From NCBI GenBank assembly GCA_024679065.1, contig JAGIQG010000016.1:11966001-12030000 (forward strand): a stretch of DNA of 64,000 bases, read 5' to 3'. This DNA is from Sphyrna mokarran (lineage: Eukaryota). The position numbers and the translations under genes are program-made. Shown here in pieces: positions 61,122-64,000 of the stretch. The notes below the pieces were generated by a model, which was not told the origin of the DNA, did no database searches, and saw only the letters and a program-made list of their open reading frames with translations. Numbering within the stretch: the first letter of the stretch is position 1; the number at the start of each line of letters is the position of its first letter.

Positions 61122-63621
61122 ACTCCATTTGATGCGATATCATTAGCACAAAATGCATGTGGTTGATTTTAATATCCATATAGAATGATTGAGCCAATGA
61201 AAACATTATTATTAAAAGGATACATTGGATTACATTTATGCCCCACAACACCAATGTAAAAAAACAGTTTAATACGGGTCTCAAGAAACGAAAAGCGTAG
61301 AGTTTGCACTTCCTACCACGTTTGTGGAGAATAGTACCTGTGCTCTGATTTATTTGGCAATTCACATATGTCTGTGAATTCGGTTGATTGACCATGCTTA
61401 ATTGTTACACAGTGCGAAGGAAAACTGAGAACTTCAAGCCAGTTAGGCCCACATTTGTGGAATCCACCACACAGCTCCTTGAATGTGGAATCACAGGTGG
61501 ACAGACTGGTAAAGAAGCTTTTTGGCACTTTTTGTTTCATTGGCCAGAACTTTGAATACAGGAGTTGGATTGTCTTGTTGAGTTTGCACAAGACATTGAT
61601 AAGGCCACAATTAGAACTTTGTGTAAAATTCCGGTCATCCTGTTATTAAAAAAATACTATTTTTAGAAACTAGAAAGAGTGCAGAAAAGATTTACTAGGA
61701 TGCTACTGGGACTTGTTCTTTTTGAGTTATAAGTAGATGCTCAGTAGGCTGGCATGTTTTTCACTGGAGTGTGGGAGGCAGAAAGTTGACCTTATAAAAC
61801 TCTATACAATAATGAGACCATAGACAAGTACGTACTCAATACCTTTTTCCAAATGTACGGGAGCCTACACTAGAGAGAGGAGGGACACAAAAGTGTCCAG
61901 AGGGACATTTTTTGACACAGAGGGCGGTGAGTGTCTGAAACACGTTCCCAGAAGTAGAGGTGAGTACAAATTTATCTTAAAAATAAATATAGATATTTAC
62001 ATTGGCACGATGTATATTAATGGATATGGGACAAATGCAGGCAATTAGGGTCAGCATAGTTTTTTTTTCTAAAAAAAATGGACGGAATGGATAACTTGTG
62101 CTGAAGGGTCTGTTTCCATGCTGTAAACCTCTATGACTCTTTGACTCTATGTGAAGGATATAATAATGGGTTACCGATGTGGGAACTCGTGTCTCAATAC
62201 TATCCCTGAAGTTTTGGTAGTTGTAATGGTCACTTTCTAGAATAAGATTTCACTCTGATTCTGAGACATGTAATAAAAAAAAGAAAGCAAAACAGTTTGG
62301 ATGATTTCAGCAAGTCTGAAAAAAAAAGCTATGGACAGAAAAAAAGAGCTAAATGTAGAATGTAAATTTTCCTTTAACTGAACTGAAACAAGGCCTAAAA
62401 ATGCTAAATTGCCTAGCTGAAAACAGACATGTCAATTATTATAAATGGAAGACAAATGGAATTTTATTTACCGATAAAATAATGAAAAACTCTTCTGGTG
62501 ATAAATAGTGAGATAAAAGAACGTGGTAATGTAAAAAAAATCACGGAAATATGCACTAAGTGAGGAGGTTTGGCATACAGTTGGGCTGAAATCACGGAAT
62601 CAGGAAATACCTGTTTAGATGTCTAACCTTCATGGTTTATGTTATTGAACTCAATTTTATGTCCAGAATCTTCAAAGTGCTATACCTGCGAGTGAAAGTT
62701 TGTTCTCCTGGTTTGATGTTGGTATAACTCAGATTCTGAACGTGCCCGAGTTCATATATATCAACACTAGTGGAGAATGTAGCATTGTGACGGCAATAAA
62801 CCACAATATTGGCAATATATTTTGAGACAATATAAAAACGTTCCATAAGGCAATCAGCCAGACAAAGTTACTCTCCCCTATATGGAAGCGCTCACATTCT
62901 GACCAGCGAATAGTTCAGACAGTTAAAAACTTCAATCCATCTAACAAAGAAATACGAGGCACCTCTATGCCCAACTCCGTATGTCATATGTTCATTAATT
63001 CATTTCTCTCTCTTTCTCTTCTGTTTTCATCTATCTATGTATCTATGTAAAAATCTACCTATTTATATAGCTCTCCAGTTATGTATGAAGTCTTTGGTTT
63101 ACCTGCTTCCTTTAAGGATTTTCTGCACTTGGATAATTCTGGTTTGCGAAAGGAAACAAAAGTGGCAATTCATTTCGTTTGGAAGTTATTCTTGTTGACT
63201 CTACTCCATTCATAGAGGCACAATACATGGTAATCAATTTAGCATTTTTTTCAATTTATCTTGTTCACATTGATGCCCCAGACGAAGTAATTGATACAAT
63301 GCTCAACTTTTATAATTGAAGGAATGATATTTTGTAGTCTCAGATTTCATTGGAAGCAACATTATACCATAGCCAATATTTAAGCACATAAACGACTTTA
63401 ACTTCGTATAACCCAATGTGAAGATAGATGTTACATGTTTTCCCAAGATGGTATTGTCTAAGGCTTCACTTGTGATACTTTCCTGAACGACCAGCCAATT
63501 TTTACTGTACTCTTCAAAACCTATAAAATGCTGTGAAGCTCTATTAGTCGCGAACTGCAAGACGTTTCCTTCACCGAAAAGTACAGTAGCTTTGCCAAAG
63601 ATCCTGTGCAACCACCACATG
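61122..63621 (-). pseudogene. Exon remnants (~61122-61370, ~62637-62870, 63103-63621), CTLDs
   Basis: QCILL..FSLAQSF; RFYIVSK..YCRHNAT..NLSYTNIKPGEQ; VEHCINY..KIN*KKC*IDYHVLC with CAG|gtaaac donor. Confidence 0.6.
61410..62150 (+). mobile_element. Old CR1 3' part
   Basis: SLNVESQVDRLVKK..FIGQNFEYRS..TLIRPQLELCV; (CTATGACT)n tail. Confidence 0.9.
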
Positions 63622-64000
63622 CTATAACCGCCAAATAAAATACATAACTATAAAATGAAATGCTATAAATCTGATCATTAAGCGTGAATTGACAAGCATT
63701 GAACTGCCGTTTCAGAACAGCGATGTCCCTGTGTGTCACATAAAACATAGGTAACTCAATGTTGACTATTCTACGGCTTGGCAATTTGGAACTGTCATTT
63801 CATGTTGTTTTGCAATCAGACTACCGAAATTTGCTTACATTCAAGGTAAGGTATTCAATTTAGAATTTCACTAATTCTATGGCATATCTCCTTCAAGAAG
63901 GATCTTGGAACCTTCTGAAAAGCTTTCAAGTAACTGTGCTACTTATAATTTCATCACGCTGAGATGGAAGCTCTGCCGAAAATTGACATACTACGCAAAG

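Larger units (their letters stand above)
1..63621 (-). pseudogene. Giant multi-CTLD / WSC-domain gene, decayed, incomplete at both window edges
   Basis: More than 35 exon-like blocks, all on the minus strand. Many have polypyrimidine-AG acceptors and GT(A/G)AG donors and translate to recurring CTLD motifs (W..F.G.CY, W.EA...C, W(I/L)GL, F/Y.NW..GEP, C....W....C....FIC) with many stops and frameshifts. Confidence 0.8.

Noticed and set aside
1-64000. CRISPR arrays, tRNA/rRNA genes, prokaryotic systems
   Set aside because: None seen; tRNA-like pieces are SINE heads and the DNA is vertebrate-like.

Overview
AT-rich vertebrate genomic DNA. The repeat set (HER1-like CR1 LINEs, HE1-like SINEs, Penelope, Gypsy, a Tx1/Keno element) points to a cartilaginous fish; this is an inference. 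There is no intact host gene. Manual minus-strand translation shows that almost all non-repeat sequence across the 64 kb is the remains of one very large, heavily decayed multi-exon gene. It is built from tandem C-type lectin-like domains (CTLDs, roughly 25-35 by eye) with interspersed WSC-like modules, and it runs off both window edges. Many canonical splice sites survive, but the reading frame is broken by stops, frameshifts and at least five TE insertions inside exons (3 CR1, 1 Keno, 1 Gypsy). Other notable items are a Keno element carrying a U2 snRNA 5' head at a non-U2 site, a CR1 with a composite 3' UTR, and apparent absence of CpG depletion in old sequence. All motif calls are by-eye translations; no HMM or BLAST was run, and exon boundaries marked approx. 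are uncertain.
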